Assembly: GCA_002104945.1 (NCBI GenBank)
Contig: MCFH01000017.1
Location: forward strand, 800,660 to 864,659
Length of the DNA: 64,000 bases
Direction of reading: 5' to 3'
DNA from: Piromyces finnis finn
Taxonomy: Eukaryota > Fungi > Neocallimastigomycota
Made by a program: the position numbers and the translations under genes. Under the pieces are notes generated by a model. The model made no database searches. It had not been told where the DNA came from and worked only from the letters and a program-made list of their open reading frames with translations. Positions within the stretch are counted from its first letter, which is position 1; each line of letters starts with the position of its first letter. Below, piece after piece: positions 13,145 to 26,873 of the stretch.

Positions 13145-16100
13145 TTAGATTTTGTGTTTTCTAATACTTTTATTGAATTGAATTAATAATTCTTGATATC
13201 TTGGGTCACTTTCTATTACTGTAGCAGGAACCCAGTGCCAACTTAGGCGGTGTTTATAACGAATTTTATATTCGTAGCGTTTTTCTTTATAATTTGTCCT
13301 AAAGTCACCAATTTCTATAATTTCTGCATTAGTTTCTTTATATTTAAATCTATTTTTAAATTTATCTGGCGTAGATACATAAGGTTCAAGTTCCGATATG
13401 TGAAATACAGGGTGGTGTTTTGGAAAAGGTGATTTTGAAATATCTATTTTATAATTACCATTGTTTAAAACTTCTAAAACCTTGTAAGGACCATACTTAC
13501 GAGGCGCTAGTTTGGCATTTTCAGTAGTAGCAAAAGCAGGAGGTGCATGAATCCAAACTTTTTGTCCTTCATTCAATTCAGGAGCAATAATTCTTTTCTT
13601 ATCGGCAGCTCTTTTGTATAAATCTTGAGATCTAAGCAAAACATCTTTAACTAAAAGGAAATTTTTACTAACATCTTTAATGTATTTAAAGTTTGAATCA
13701 GAACCTTGAAACAAAAAGACATCATCCATAGGTGGGTGGAATCCATAATTAATGAAAAATGGAGTTTGTTTTGTAGATTCATGAACAGTATTATTATAAA
13801 CAAATTCAGCTAGATGTAACCATTCAATCCAGTCATCGTGGAAAAATGTTCTTGAATAGCAACGTAAATATTGTTCAATGAAAGAGTTACAACGTTCTAC
13901 TTGACCAACGGTCTCATGGTGATCTGTGGTAGCTATTTTTGGCTTAACACGCAATTTTTCCATAATTTCTATCCATAAAGCACTAGTAAATTGTGTTCCT
14001 CTGTCCGTATAAATATCTGTAGGTAGTCCATGGAGTTTAAAAATATTTTTTAGGAAAGCTTTGGCAGTTTCTTCAGCTGTAGGTATTTCTTTGAACGGAA
14101 TAAGGTGAATCATTTTTGAAAAGCGATCTACAACAACCATTATAACGGAAAACTTTTTTGATTCAGGGAGACCACAAAGAAAATCGATTTCAATAGATTT
14201 CCAAGGGCGATCAGGAATTTCTAAAGGTCTTAAAAGATCATATCTTTTATGTCTATTAACTTTATTTCTGGAACATTGTTCGCAAGAATTGACAAAATTT
14301 ACGATATCTTGATGCATTTTGGGCCACCAAAAATTACGGTTAATTAGTTCTTCAGTTCTTCGAATACCTAAATGACCAGCAGTAGCGTTATCATGGTACC
14401 TGGTTAAAATATCTACATGAAGTTTTTCTGGTACATAAATTAAATTATTATATAAAATTAAATTATTTTTTATTTTAAATTTTTCCATTTTTCTGAAAGG
14501 TCTGTAAAAGTAACCTTGATTAGCATTATTAGGACTAAAGTAAAGATAAATATTATTCGCATTTTCATCATCCTTATAATTTTCTATTATTTGATCAATG
14601 AGAGAACCAACAATACCAACAAAACATGGAGTATCGGGAACGTTTTTATAATCTAATATATGTTCTGGTTTAGGTTCAACATTATTTTTCTCGTAATCAG
14701 GTCTTCTTGACAAACTATCAGGTTTACCATTTTTTCTTCCTTGGCGGTATATTAATTGAAAATTATATTCTTGGAAAAATAAATGCCAACGATGTTGACG
14801 TTGGTTTCCGACTTTACCACCTAAGGTGTATAGAAGGTTTTTATGGTCAGTAAAAACGGTTACTTGGTATTTAGCACCTAGTAATAAATGTCTCCAGGTA
14901 GAAAATGCACATTTTATAGCTAAAAGTTCCTTTTCAGTAATTGAATAATTTAATTCAGCATTGTTTAAACATCTTGAATAATATGCTACAGGATGTAATT
15001 TGTTATCTTTATCCTTTTGAGAAAGTATACAACCAATGGCAAAATTACTAGCATCGCATTCGACAATAAATGGTTTGGTTGGATCTGGATGTAATAAAAT
15101 AGGTGAAGAGATTAGTCTCTTTTTTAATTCTAAAAATGAGTTATTACATTTATCATTCCAATTAAAAATAGTATTTTTCTTTGTTAAATTGTGAAGCGGT
15201 TTAGCAATAGTAGCAAAATCTTTTACAAATCTTCTATAATAGTTGCATAATCCAACAAAGCGTTGAACATCTTTTACACAATTAGGTGTAGGCCATTCTT
15301 GGACAGATTTAATTTTCTTTGGATCAGTAGATATACCATTGCCTGATATAACGTGTCCTAAAAATTCAACTTCTGGCTTGTGAAATTCACATTTCTTTAA
15401 TTTAGCAAATAAATTATTTTTGAGCAATGTTTGGAGAACAGTACGAACATGTTGTATATGTTCATCTAATGTTTCCGAGTAAATCAGAATATCATCTAAA
15501 TATAAAATAACAAATTTTTCTAAATAAGGGCGTAATACTGAATTAATAAATGATTGAAATGTAGCAGGGGCATTTCTTAAACCAAAAGGCATTACTAAAT
15601 ATTCATAGTGACCATATTTAGTTCTAAAAGCTGTCTTATATTCGTCTCCTTCACGAATACGCACTAAATTGTAAGCAGAACGAAGATCTAATTTTGAAAA
15701 AAATTTAGCACCTTTCACTCTTTCGATAATATCAGTAATTAGAGGAAGTGGGTAAGAATTGCGAATTGTAACTGCATTTAATTTTTTGTAATCAATACAA
15801 AGACGTAACGATCCATCCTTCTTTTTCTGAAATAAAACAGGATAACCAGCTGGAGATTCAGATGGTCTAATGAATCCTTTCTTGAGATTTTCATCTATGT
15901 ATTCTTTAAGAACTTGGGATTCATCTTCAGATAGAGGATATATAGGACCATAATGTAAAGAAGCATCTTTTTGTAAAACGATTTTACAATCCGTTAGCCT
16001 ATGTGGTGGTAGTTTATCAGCCTTAACCTTGCTGAAAACTTCCGCTAAATCACGATATGGTTCTGGTACTTCTTCTAATTTGAAGTCTTCTTCATTATCA

Positions 16101-16850
16101 TCTTCATCATCAGTATTATAATCTTTTTCACTATTAGCTAAAAATGAGTGAATAAAGTAATTATAGCTGAAATTTTGATATTTTGGTTTAGAGCAATTTT
16201 TCAAATTATTAAAAGATGTATTGGAAGTTAATTTATTATGTTTAATGTTTTTAATTTTTAAATTTTTGGATTTATTCAATCGGTTTTTATTAATTTTATA
16301 TATAATTTTATTAGAATTTAATTTTTTAAAATTGTTAAAATTTAAACTTGAATATACAAAATTTTTATTATAATTAAAATGTAATTGATATTTGTGTAAA
16401 AATTTATTGCCTAATAACAAATCTGTTGGAAGATTTTTAATAATTAGAAATTTTTCTTTAAAAGTAATTAAAAATTTTGAATGATTAATATAGATAGTAG
16501 TCTTAAAATATAAGAAGGTGTATGTATCAATAAATATTGAACCACTAATTCCATTTATTTCAATTGAGTGTAATAATTTGTGTGGTTTTAGTTTTAATTT
16601 ATTGACCAAGTTGATTGAAATAAAGTTGCAATATGAGCCACTATCTAAAATTAAATTGTATTGATTTTTATTAATTGAATTTTTTAAATCATAAAGTTTG
16701 TTTAATTTAATTGGGATAAAAAATTTTAAGTTGAAAAATGTTGTAGGCAATTTTTTATTTATTTTAGAGTCATATGTAGGAAAGTTGTAATGTATTATTT
16801 TTGTATTATGAACTCTCTTAGACTCTCTTGAGAGTTCATTTCTTAGTTTT
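13145..16850 (-). CDS. pol: Pol of element 1 (PR-RT-RNase H-IN, divergent chromo-like C-terminus), entered by -1 frameshift
   Basis: LDSGS protease, YLDD RT, ECDAS RNase H, H-x6-H...CxxC and DDE integrase motifs. The frame stays open from the slippery site at 16846-16852 into ORF 13145-16750. Confidence 0.93.
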
Positions 16851-17754
16851 TTGAGTTCATTTTTTGAACTTTATTGACATAATTCTTATTATTGTTTGAA
16901 TTTTGATAATGGGTTTTATTCTTATTGAATTTCCTATTGTTTCTCTTATTGTAATGTTGATTTTTATTATTATTATTATTGATATTTAATTTATTATTAG
17001 TAACAAGAGAATTTTCAAAAATTATACACTTTGTAACCATTTCACTTAAAGTGTTAGGTAAAATATCAGCTTTCTTAATTTCATTCTTATATTTTGGATG
17101 TAAACCATTTAAAAATATTAGTGAAAGACTAATGTCATCTATCTCTAAACAACGACTTAAATCTCTAAATTTGTTAATATAATCGTTCACTTTTCCATAA
17201 GCTTGTCTTAATTCTATTAATTGAATCATGGCTAATTTGGTACTGGTAACATTTGAAAAAGCTTTGTTTAATTCACTTAATAGTTCGTTCATAGTCATAG
17301 GAGTAATACCATCTTTATATTTAATATGATACCAAGTTCTGGCAGAATCACGTAATCTAACAACAACAAAGTTAATTTTTACTTCTTCAGATAGTTGATT
17401 GTTAGGTGGAGTTTTAAAGGTAGCTTGGCAGAGTTCGCAGAATAACTCAGTCTGAGTAGTATCACCAGTAAAGAATCCTGGATCTGGTACTTGTTTGATA
17501 GGATAGGTTCTATTACGCATTATAACATCATGATCTTCATCATAATCGGTAGAAGATTCCTCGGTTTCAGTATAATTAGCACGACTCTTAAGTTCCTTTA
17601 ACATAGCATCCATACGTTCTAACAAGGAGGTGGTATTTTTATCCAATTGTTGAGTGATATACTTGTCTAATTCACCACAAAGATTTTTCTTAAATTCTTC
17701 TAAATCTTGAGGCTTTAGGAATTGTTGAACTGGTTTAGGTGTTGGTTGAGTCAT
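16843..17754 (-). CDS. gag: Gag of element 1 (303 aa)
   Basis: Lies between the 5' LTR/PBS and pol. Retrotransposon gag-like RLRDSARTWY and LIFLNGL segments; homologous to the gag at 52280-53305. Confidence 0.9.
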   Translation of the reverse strand: MTQPTPKPVQQFLKPQDLEEFKKNLCGELDKYITQQLDKNTTSLLERMDAMLKELKSRANYTETEESSTDYDEDHDVIMRNRTYPIKQVPDPGFFTGDTTQTELFCELCQATFKTPPNNQLSEEVKINFVVVRLRDSARTWYHIKYKDGITPMTMNELLSELNKAFSNVTSTKLAMIQLIELRQAYGKVNDYINKFRDLSRCLEIDDISLSLIFLNGLHPKYKNEIKKADILPNTLSEMVTKCIIFENSLVTNNKLNINNNNNKNQHYNKRNNRKFNKNKTHYQNSNNNKNYVNKVQKMNSKN

Positions 17755-17820
17755 TTTTTTTTTTTTTTTTTAAATTTTTAAATTAAGTTTTTCCCTAAGG
17801 TAGTTATGGTAAAAAACGCG

Positions 17821-17831
17821 GTAAAGATTAT
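17821..17831 (-). promoter_or_regulatory. PBS of element 1 (ATAATCTTTAC), complementary to LTR-internal GTAAAGATTAT
   Basis: Abuts the 5' LTR; the complement lies at 23636-23646 on the element sense strand, ~40 nt after a TATA box. Confidence 0.85.
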
Positions 17832-18026
17832 TGTAAAAGTTTTACTAAACTTATAATTTAATATTAAAATATTAAATTAAATAAAAGGTTAAAAGATAAC
17901 TAGGTGTAATGAGGTATATCTAATGATAAGGGTTAGACTAGAAAATCATTAAGGTTAGATTAATGAAAATTTCATAATTATATTTTTATAACCAATCATT
18001 AAGTAATTAATTCACTTATCAAATTG

Positions 18027-18067
<41 letters not shown>

Positions 18068-18299
18068 ATTTTCATGTATAAAAGAGAGAATAAGAAAGAT
18101 AAAATAGTTCTTTAGTGTTTTTATTAATAATTAATAAAAATTAGTTTTTTTTTTTGTTTCGTCTTTAGTTTGATAATACACTGACCTAGCGAGTTAGTCG
18201 TATTATAATAATAAATTTAATAAATAAACATTATTAAAAAAAATACATATATTTGATACATTAGAGTGTGTGTGTTTATTATTATAATATTTCGTTACA

Positions 18300-18310
18300 A
18301 TAAAAACACT
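18300..18310 (+). promoter_or_regulatory. PBS of element 2 (ATAAAAACACT), complementary to AGTGTTTTTAT at 18114-18124
   Basis: Abuts the 5' LTR; TATAAAAG at 18077. Confidence 0.85.
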
Positions 18311-18368
18311 CTAAGAAAAAGATCGCTACCTCAGTGCCTCGTTTATTTGCTTACTTCTAATTTTTTTT

Positions 18369-21300
18369 ATGGATAACTCTGCTGATTTGAAGAACGGTTT
18401 TGATGGCAACCGTCGCTACCTGAAGGGATTCTTAGCCAAAATGGACATGATCTTTATGATCCATCCTGAAATAGGAAGGGACGATGGAGAAAAGGTCTTC
18501 TACGTCGTTAGTCGCCTCTACGGGGATGCAATGAATTGGGCTGCTACCTTGATTAACAACCATGATCCTTGCTTACAGGATTATGGCGCCTTTGTTGGAA
18601 AGCTGAAGGCTGCTTTTGGTTTTCAGGATATGGTCTATACTGCCAACCAAAAGCTCAAGAAGATCAAACAACATGGCCTATCCAATACTCAAGAGTATAT
18701 CAAGGAATTTAACTACTATGCTGATGAATCCACTTGGAATGAACAAGCCAAGATGGATGCTTTTGTTGATGGGTTGGACGATAGAATCGCCACCCATATC
18801 CTTCAGATGTTTCCTGGCCCTTCTACCTTGATAAACTTACAAACAATAGCCAGTCGTATAGGAAGTAGATTGGCATGCCACCAAGAGGAAATAAACAGAA
18901 GATCCAATAGAAGTTTCCGTTCTAAACAAAGCTTCCAATCCCGCTCCTCAGAAAGATCTACAAGTAAATCCACTCAGCCCAAGAAGGAAAATAATTTTGG
19001 CCCCATTTCAAGTGAAGAACGTAGCCGCCGAATGAAAGAGAATCTCTGCTTATATTGTGGTAAACCTGGTCACCGATTATCTGAATGCCCTATTAGAACC
19101 AAAAAGGAAAACCATACTAATAATGCTGGGGTCCATGTTTTGAATGAACAAGAAAAATCCACTCGACTTTCGGATAACTCCTCTTTACCTCAAACTGTTA
19201 TCGATGTTGATGTTGTTCTTCCATACAAATCTGTCGGAACTAAAGTTCTCTTAGATAGTGGTTCACAATTCTGTTTGATAGACCACGCCTTTGTTAAGGC
19301 CCATGAGATCCCTATAATTACCAAAGTAAAATGCCCACAAATTATAGGTATCGGAGGTCACCAAAAGATTATCGGCCAGACTTGGCCTATAACTGTGGAA
19401 CACATGAATCACTCATGCCAGTTACAATTTTACGTCGTAGAATTGCCTTCTTACTGTTGTATTCTTGGCTCTGATTGGCTGGCCCTTCACAATCCGACAA
19501 TCAATTTTGCTAGTAAGGACGTTTCCTATCATTCTGAATACTGTAAGGAAAATTGCTTAAGGAAAGAATCTGCTAGCTCTACCACTTCTGAACTCGAAGA
19601 CCAATCGAAGGACGAAATGTCAGTTGGAAATACACCTGAATACCCTTTCAATGTATTCACTTGTTTAGAAGAACCTGAAGTTGAGTCACCCCAAATTCCA
19701 ATTCACTACTCTCAACACTCCAAAGTGTTCGAGGAAAGGCTCGCTGATAAACTCCCTCCTCATCGCCCGTACGACTGTGAGATCAACCTGAGACCAAATA
19801 GCAACTTGTTTTATGGTCCAATCTACCGACTTACTGAGAAAGAATCAAAGGTATTAGAAGAAACCATTAATGAAAATTTAAAAAAGGGGTTTATCCGCAA
19901 ATCCAAATCGCCAGCTGGTGCTCCCGTTCTGTTTGTCCCGAAGAAGAGTGGAGAACTTCGTATGTGTATCGACTACCGCCGCTTGAACGAAATCACCATT
20001 AGGAACTCGTACCCTCTCCCATTGATCCAAGACATGTTGGATCATCTAGGAAAAGCTAAGGTGTTCTCGAAGTTAGATCTTCGATCCGCCTATAACTTGG
20101 TAAGAATCAAAGAAGGCGATGAATATAAGACCGCCTTCACCTGTCAATTTGGCCATTTCGAATATCTGGTAATGCCTTTCGGTCTCAAGAACGCTCCTGC
20201 AGTCTTCCAACATTTTATTAACGACGTTCTTGAAGGCATTATCGGTAAATTCGTCTTTTCGTATATTGACGATATTATCATTTTTTCTGATAATATAGCC
20301 GAACATCATGAACACGTCAATGAAGTCCTTCGTAGACTCGAAGAAGCCGGACTGTACGCTAAACTTGAAAAATGTCTATTCGACTCTCCTTGTCTTGACT
20401 TCCTTGGTCATAGAATCTCTGCCTCTGGTATCGGAATGGACCCTAATAAGGTGAAAGCCATTGCGGAATGGCCGACTCCTAAATCGGTCCATGAACTACA
20501 ATCTTTCCTAGGCTTAGCCAACTATTATCGTAGATTTATTCCTGGCTTTGCTAAGATTGCTCACCCACTCCACCAACTTTGCAAGAAGAACACCGCCTTC
20601 GTTTGGAACGATACCGCTCAAGATGCTTTTGATGCTTTGGTTAAGCATTTTATTAGTCAGCCTATCCTTGCATATCCTGATGTTGACCTACCTTTCGTTG
20701 TCGAAACCGATGCAAGCAGCTTCGCCATAGGTGCTGTATTGTCTCAAGTCAACAAGTCCGACAATATTCTTCACCCTGTTGCGTTCTTTTCTAGATCCCT
20801 TACAAACCCGGAGAAGAACTACCCTATCTATGATAAAGAACTTTTGGCTATCGTCGCGTCCTTAGAAGTGTGGAGACATTTTTTGAAAGGTGCGAATCAT
20901 CCTTTCAAAATTATATCAGACCACAGAAACCTCCTTTTTCAGAAGAAACCGGAGAAGATGACTCAGAGATTAATTAGATGGTCCCTTTTCCTTGCTGAAT
21001 TCGATTTTGTCATTGAATATCGCCCTGGTTCCTCGAACGGGAAAACCGATGCCTTGTCAAGAAGACCTGACTATCTTGTTCACTCTTGCAATTCCGATTC
21101 TAATAACTCTGTCTTTCGTCCCGAAAATTTCAGCTCCTGCTTTGCTTCATCCACTCCTTCTTCTCTTCTTGAAAAAATTGCTCTCTCTTGTAAACTTGAC
21201 AAATTCTTCATTGAGACTTCTAATCAACTTCTCAATGATAATTGTTCTTCTGACTACAAACTTAGTAACAACGTCCTCCTTTTCCAAGATAAAATCTATG

Positions 21301-22563
21301 TTCCTAATGATTGCCGAGTTGAAATTCTGTCTTCTTGTCATGACTCCCCTGCTGCCGGCCATTTTGGTATTTCAAAAACTTTATCCTTGATTTCCCGTAA
21401 CTACTGGTGGCCCAAAATGTATCAGGATGTTAAGGACTATGTCCGTTCTTGTGAGGTCTGCTGTCGTTCGAAATCCTCTAGACATAAACCTTACGGGTTA
21501 TTATCCACTCTTCCTTTAGGTGAACGTCCCTGGTCTTCCATTGCTATGGATTTTATCACTGACCTCCCCTCTTCTCGTGGATTTACCTGTATCTTCGTTG
21601 TCATTGATCGATTGACAAAAATGGCTCACTTTATCCCTCTTGAAAAAGTTCCCACTGCTGAACGTGCTGCCGAAGCTTTCATTAACAACGTCTTCAAACT
21701 TCATGGATGCCCCTCCGACATTGTTCTCGACCAAGGTTCTCAGTTCACTTCAAAGTTTTGGAAGAAATTCTTTGCTACCCTCAAGATTGATTTGAAATAC
21801 TCTTCTGCTTATCACCACCAATCCAATGGCCAGACGGAGAGAGTGAACTCCGTTGTAGAACAATATCTACGCTGCTTCTCAAATTACAAAGGCACTAACT
21901 GGATCGAATACTTAAGCCTAGCTGAATTTAGTTACAATAATTCAGTTCAAGAATCTGCAAAACAAACACCCTTCTTCTTGAACTATGGTTTCCATCCTAA
22001 TTTTAATCCAACAATTCCAACAACAAGTGAAGTTCCAAGAGCTGAAGAATACACAAAAGAATTAAAAGAAATTATCAGCACCCTCAAGAAAAACCTTTCG
22101 GAAGCCCAAAAGAAACAAGAACATTTCGCCAATAGACATAGACAACCAGGCCCGTCATTCAAACCAGGAGAAAAGGTATGGTTAATCAATAATAATTTAG
22201 TTAAGGGAAATAAAAAATTCACCCCTCGGAAACTCGGTCCCTATGAAATTGAACAACAAATATCAGAAGTCTCATTTAAATTGAAACTCCCTGGTAACAT
22301 GAAGATTGATCCGGTATTCCATAAATCATCTCTCGAGCCTTACTTCGAAGGGAAAAGTACAAACCGAAAAGTTCAACCTCCACCACCTGTCATTATAAAC
22401 GAAGAGGAGGAATACGAAGTAGAAGAAATTCTGGACAAAAGAAGACGCTATAACAAAACTCAGTACTTGATCAAATGGAAAGGATATCCTATTTCAGAAG
22501 CCTCATGGGAACCCGAAGAAAATCTGAACTGTCCAGCAAAGCTAAGAGAATTCAACAAGACCC

Positions 22564-22568
<5 letters not shown>
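18369..22568 (+). CDS. gag-pol: Gag-Pol polyprotein of element 2 (Gag, CCHC knuckle, PR, RT, RNase H, IN, chromodomain)
   Basis: [14 protein letters not shown] knuckle, [23 protein letters not shown]...CEVC, DDE core, and the canonical chromodomain [12 protein letters not shown]...YLIKWKGY...SWEPEENL. Confidence 0.96.
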
Positions 22569-22642
<74 letters not shown>

Positions 22643-22980
22643 AATAATAATAAAATTAACTAATTTTCATTAATTTTTAGACACAAATGAGGGATATTAA
22701 TTTTTAGAATAAACTTAACCGATACCGTTTTGGCGAAGCTCCCATAGGGATTTACTGGACTTACAAGCGTACCAAGAACAAGTACTATCAAACGGCCATA
22801 TTGGAACCTTGCCTATGAAACCTCTAGTACTTGTTGGACATACTTTAGTCTTGGCGCCAACCCGCCTTACATCAAAGTTACTCTACCAACCCCGACTTCG
22901 AACCCACAACCTTCTAGTTCATTGCCAACTACTCGACCATTGTACCACACCTTTTAATTCTCATATGAAGTCAACTGCCT

Positions 22981-23029
<49 letters not shown>

Positions 23030-23196
23030 ATTAGCTTATAAATTCGTCTGGAATCCGAATTTAGAGGAGGAGCTTGTAATGAGGTATATCTAATGATAAG
23101 GGTTAGACTAGAAAATCATTAAGGTTAGATTAATGAAAATTTCATAATTATATTTTTATAACCAATCATTAAGTAATTAATTCACTTATCAAATTG

Positions 23197-23238
<42 letters not shown>

Positions 23239-24446
23239 ATTTTCATGTATAAAAGAGAGAATAAGAAAGATAAAATAGTTCTTTAGTGTTTTTATTAATA
23301 ATTAATAAAAATTAGTTTTTTTTTTTGTTTCGTCTTTAGTTTGATAATACACTGACCTAGCGAGTTAGTCGTATTATAATAATAAATTTAATAAATAAAC
23401 ATTATTAAAAAAAATACATATATTTGATACATTAGAGTGTGTGTGTTTATTATTATAATATTTCGTTACACTAGGTTAGAAAAAAAAATGTTTTATTAAA
23501 ATAATCTTAATTGATTTATAAATGAATAATTATATTATGTATTATAGTTAAAATAATTCCTTTTTATTTTATTTAAAGAATATATATAATAATAAGATTA
23601 TTTAATAGTAATACTTATTAAGTATTAATAAGATAATAATCTTTACAAAGATTTAATTCATAAAACTATTCTAAACTATTTATACTATTTGTAATTTTAC
23701 ATTTAATAATAAAATAACTTTTCAATACATGATTATATTCATAATATATTTTATAATACTTAAACTAAACTTAAGACTTATTCCTAATTATTAAAAAATA
23801 ACTATTGTTTATAATATTCATAATATTAATTATTTCTTAATTATAATATAATTCATTGAATATAATATTAATAATTATAATCCTCTAGTTCAAAGATTAT
23901 AAATTATGTTATTGAAATAATTATTATAAAATAAAGTTAATTAGTTCCGGAAAATAATTTTAATTTAATTAAACAATAATTTTTTATACTTTGAGTGAAT
24001 GATTTATGTTTGATATATCAGGGGTGATCATTCTCTGAATAAACAATTAATCATTGCTAACAAAATATCTTTAAATTGGAATATCTCGTGAACCAGCAGA
24101 GATATTGACCTGATTTTAAGATATGTTGTTTGTCTCGAGCGTGGCTTTCTAACGAACTTAATTATAACCAAAATATTATTATTCAAAAATCGTCATTCGT
24201 TGAGGAGATACGCGTGTTTTTTCTTATTCCATTTTAACGATAAGGGTTAAAGTTATTTATTATAAAAATTATTAAGGGTTAAGGTCATATTTTAACCTTT
24301 TCTAAATTTTTAAATATTTCTTAATAAAATTTTATAATTTATTTGAAAATAAAATATTTGTTGATTTTGAATTTCCATAAGTGATTTCACAATTCCAAGT
24401 GATCTTGAAATTGTAATTTCACTAGTATTCGTGACATACAATTTAT

Positions 24447-25691
24447 TGATAAATTGAGAATAAAAAGAAAATAAATATTAATACTTATCTTTAAGTTCGA
24501 GTTTATTATAAGAGTAAAAATAATTTTACACTTTAATAAGTTAATATGTTTTATTATAACTAAGTTAAGTAAAATAAAATTAAAAAACGCTTTTATTATT
24601 ATAATTTGTTTCTTATAATAATAACTCTTGATTTCTTAGAAGGGAATCAAGAGTCTTTATTTATATTATTTAATAAATTTAAAGTTTAAATTAAAATTTT
24701 ATCTAATCTTAACAAAATAATTTTTTTTGTTTAGGAAAAGATTAGAAGAAAAACCTAAACAAAGTTCGATCAACATTCTATACATATTGATCATCGTATA
24801 TTTTAAGTAAAACCAATTATTTTAGAAATTGGAAAAAACCTTAAAATATCGATTCCTAAACAATGAATAATTATTTTAAAGTAATTAATTAAATAAATAA
24901 TTAAATATATTTGATAAAAATATAAAGTTAAATAAAAGTAATTAATTAAATTAATTAGTTAAATGCATAAATATAATTGATAAAAATATTAAATAAAATA
25001 TTAATGAATAATATAATTAAATGGTTAAATGTAATTTAAGATATTAAAATTAAGTGAAAATAAATAATTAAAATAAATTTAAATGAGAATAATTATTTAA
25101 ATAGACTAATATTATTAACATTAATTAATGATTAATAATTAATGATTTTAACTAAGAAATATTAATTATGTATCAAATAATTATTATTTCTTACAATGTA
25201 AGAAATATTTGTGGCCATAAGTTTGCCCACAAATATTTCAATTGAAACCATATATTCTGGTCATCATTTATTGGCCAAATATATGCATAACCATATATTA
25301 ATGGTTATTAATTAAATAGGAAGTTTATTTGCTTTACCCAATCAAGTGGTAAAGAAAATAAACTCATATAGTTAAATAGTATAGTCAAAACTAACGTTAA
25401 ATACTTTAGCGTTAGTATTAAAGTAAATTAATAACTATAATAATAATTAATGTAGATAATTATAATTAATAAATAAAAGATATAATTAAAATATAATTAT
25501 TTAAGTAAAAATTATTTCATAAAATATTTATATAAGTGTTTATATTTATTTTAGTGTTATAATATTTATTTTCTTTCTTTTATTATTTTTTATAAAACTT
25601 TATTTAGTTATTAACTCGTATAGAGAGGTAATAACTAACTTAATTAACTAATTAATAACCTATTAACTAATATTTTAAGAAACCTTTTACA
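24447..25691 (+). mobile_element. Putative solo LTR, family G (~1.25 kb)
   Basis: TGATAAATTG...CCTTTTACA with near-matching flanks TTTAT/TTTAA. Contains CTTT-AGCGTTAGTA, the same predicted primer motif as LTR D. Single copy. Confidence 0.5.
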
Positions 25692-25750
25692 TTTAATGTC
25701 AAAAAGCGATTTTTTATTAAAGAAAAGTGTGGTAAGCACACTAGTTATAT

Positions 25751-26868
25751 TGTCACGAATACTAGTGAAATTACAATTTCAAGATCACTTGGAATTGTGA
25801 AATCACTTATGGAAATTCAAAATCAACAAATATTTTATTTTCAAATAAATTATAAAATTTTATTAAGAAATATTTAAAAATTTAGGAAAGGTTAAAATAT
25901 GACCTTAACCCTTAATAATTTTTATAATAAATAACTTTAACCCTTATCGTTAAAATGGAATAAGGAAAAACACGCGTATCTCCTCAACGAATGACGATTT
26001 TTGAATAAAAATGTTTTGGTTATAATTACGTTCGTTAGAAAGCCACGCTCGAGACAAACAACATATCTTAAAATCAGGTCAATATCTCTGCTGGTTCACG
26101 AGATATTCCAATTTAAAGATATTTTGTTAGCAATGATTAATTGTTTATTCAGAGAATGATCACCCCTGATATATCAAACATAAATCATTCACTCAAAGTA
26201 TAAAAATTATTGTTTAATTAAATCAAAATTATTTTCCGGAACTAATTAACTTTATTTTATAATAATTATTTCAATAACATAATTTATAATCTTTGAACTA
26301 GAGGATTATAATTATTAATATTATATTCAATGAATTATATTATAATTAAGAAATAATTAATATTATGAATATTATAAACAATAGTTATTTTTTAATAATT
26401 AGGAATAAGTCTTAAGTTTAGTTTAAGTATTATAAAATATATTATGAATATAATCATGTATTGAAAAGTTATTTTATTATTAAATGTAAAATTACAAATA
26501 GTATAAATAGTTTAGAATAGTTATGAAATTAAAATCTTTGTAAAGATTATTAACCAAAAATTATTAACTATAAATTATTAACTATGAATTATTAGCTATA
26601 GATTATTAACTAGAAATTATTAACTATTAATAATAATTAATACTTAATGAGTATTACTACTAAATAATCTTATTATTATATTTTAGTAATATATTATTAA
26701 ATAAAATAAAAGAAATTATTTTAACCATAATATATAATTTAATTATTCATTTATAAATCAATTAAGATTATTTTAATAAAACATTTTTTTTCTAACCTAG
26801 TTATCTTTTAACCTTTTATTTAATTTGATATTTTAATATTAAATTATAAGTTTAGTAAAACTTTTACA
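25751..26868 (+). mobile_element. Solo LTR, family A
   Basis: Reverse-complement match to the element 1 LTRs; flanked by TATAT on both sides. Confidence 0.9.
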
Positions 26869-26873
26869 TATAT

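Larger units (their letters stand above)
17905..23470 (+). mobile_element. Element 2: full-length, apparently intact chromovirus-type Ty3/gypsy element (LTR family B)
   Basis: LTRs 17905-18299 and 23075-23470 identical except for poly-A length; TSD CTAGG; PBS ATAAAAACACT; PPT GAGGAGGAGCT; single 1399-aa ORF. Confidence 0.97.
11193..24436 (-). mobile_element. Element 1: full-length Ty3/gypsy LTR retrotransposon (LTR family A), carrying nested element 2 in its 5' LTR
   Basis: Near-identical ~1.03-kb LTRs (11193-12226; 17832-24436, split by element 2), 5-bp TSD TACAA on both sides, gag and pol ORFs, PPT-like GGCGGAGCGA, PBS ATAATCTTTAC. Confidence 0.95.

Noticed and set aside
17821-17831. tRNA-Met involvement in priming (the PBS shares ATAATCTT with the tRNA-Met anticodon arm)
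   Set aside because: Same sense rather than complementary; the LTR-internal 11-nt complement explains the PBS better.
22726-22740. CGTTTTGGCGAAG in the element 2 UTR resembling the reverse complement of CTCGCCAAAAACG in LTR C
   Set aside because: Too short and imperfect to distinguish from chance.
22475-23093. Poly-Lys ORFs
   Set aside because: Translations of poly-A runs in the 3' UTR of element 2.
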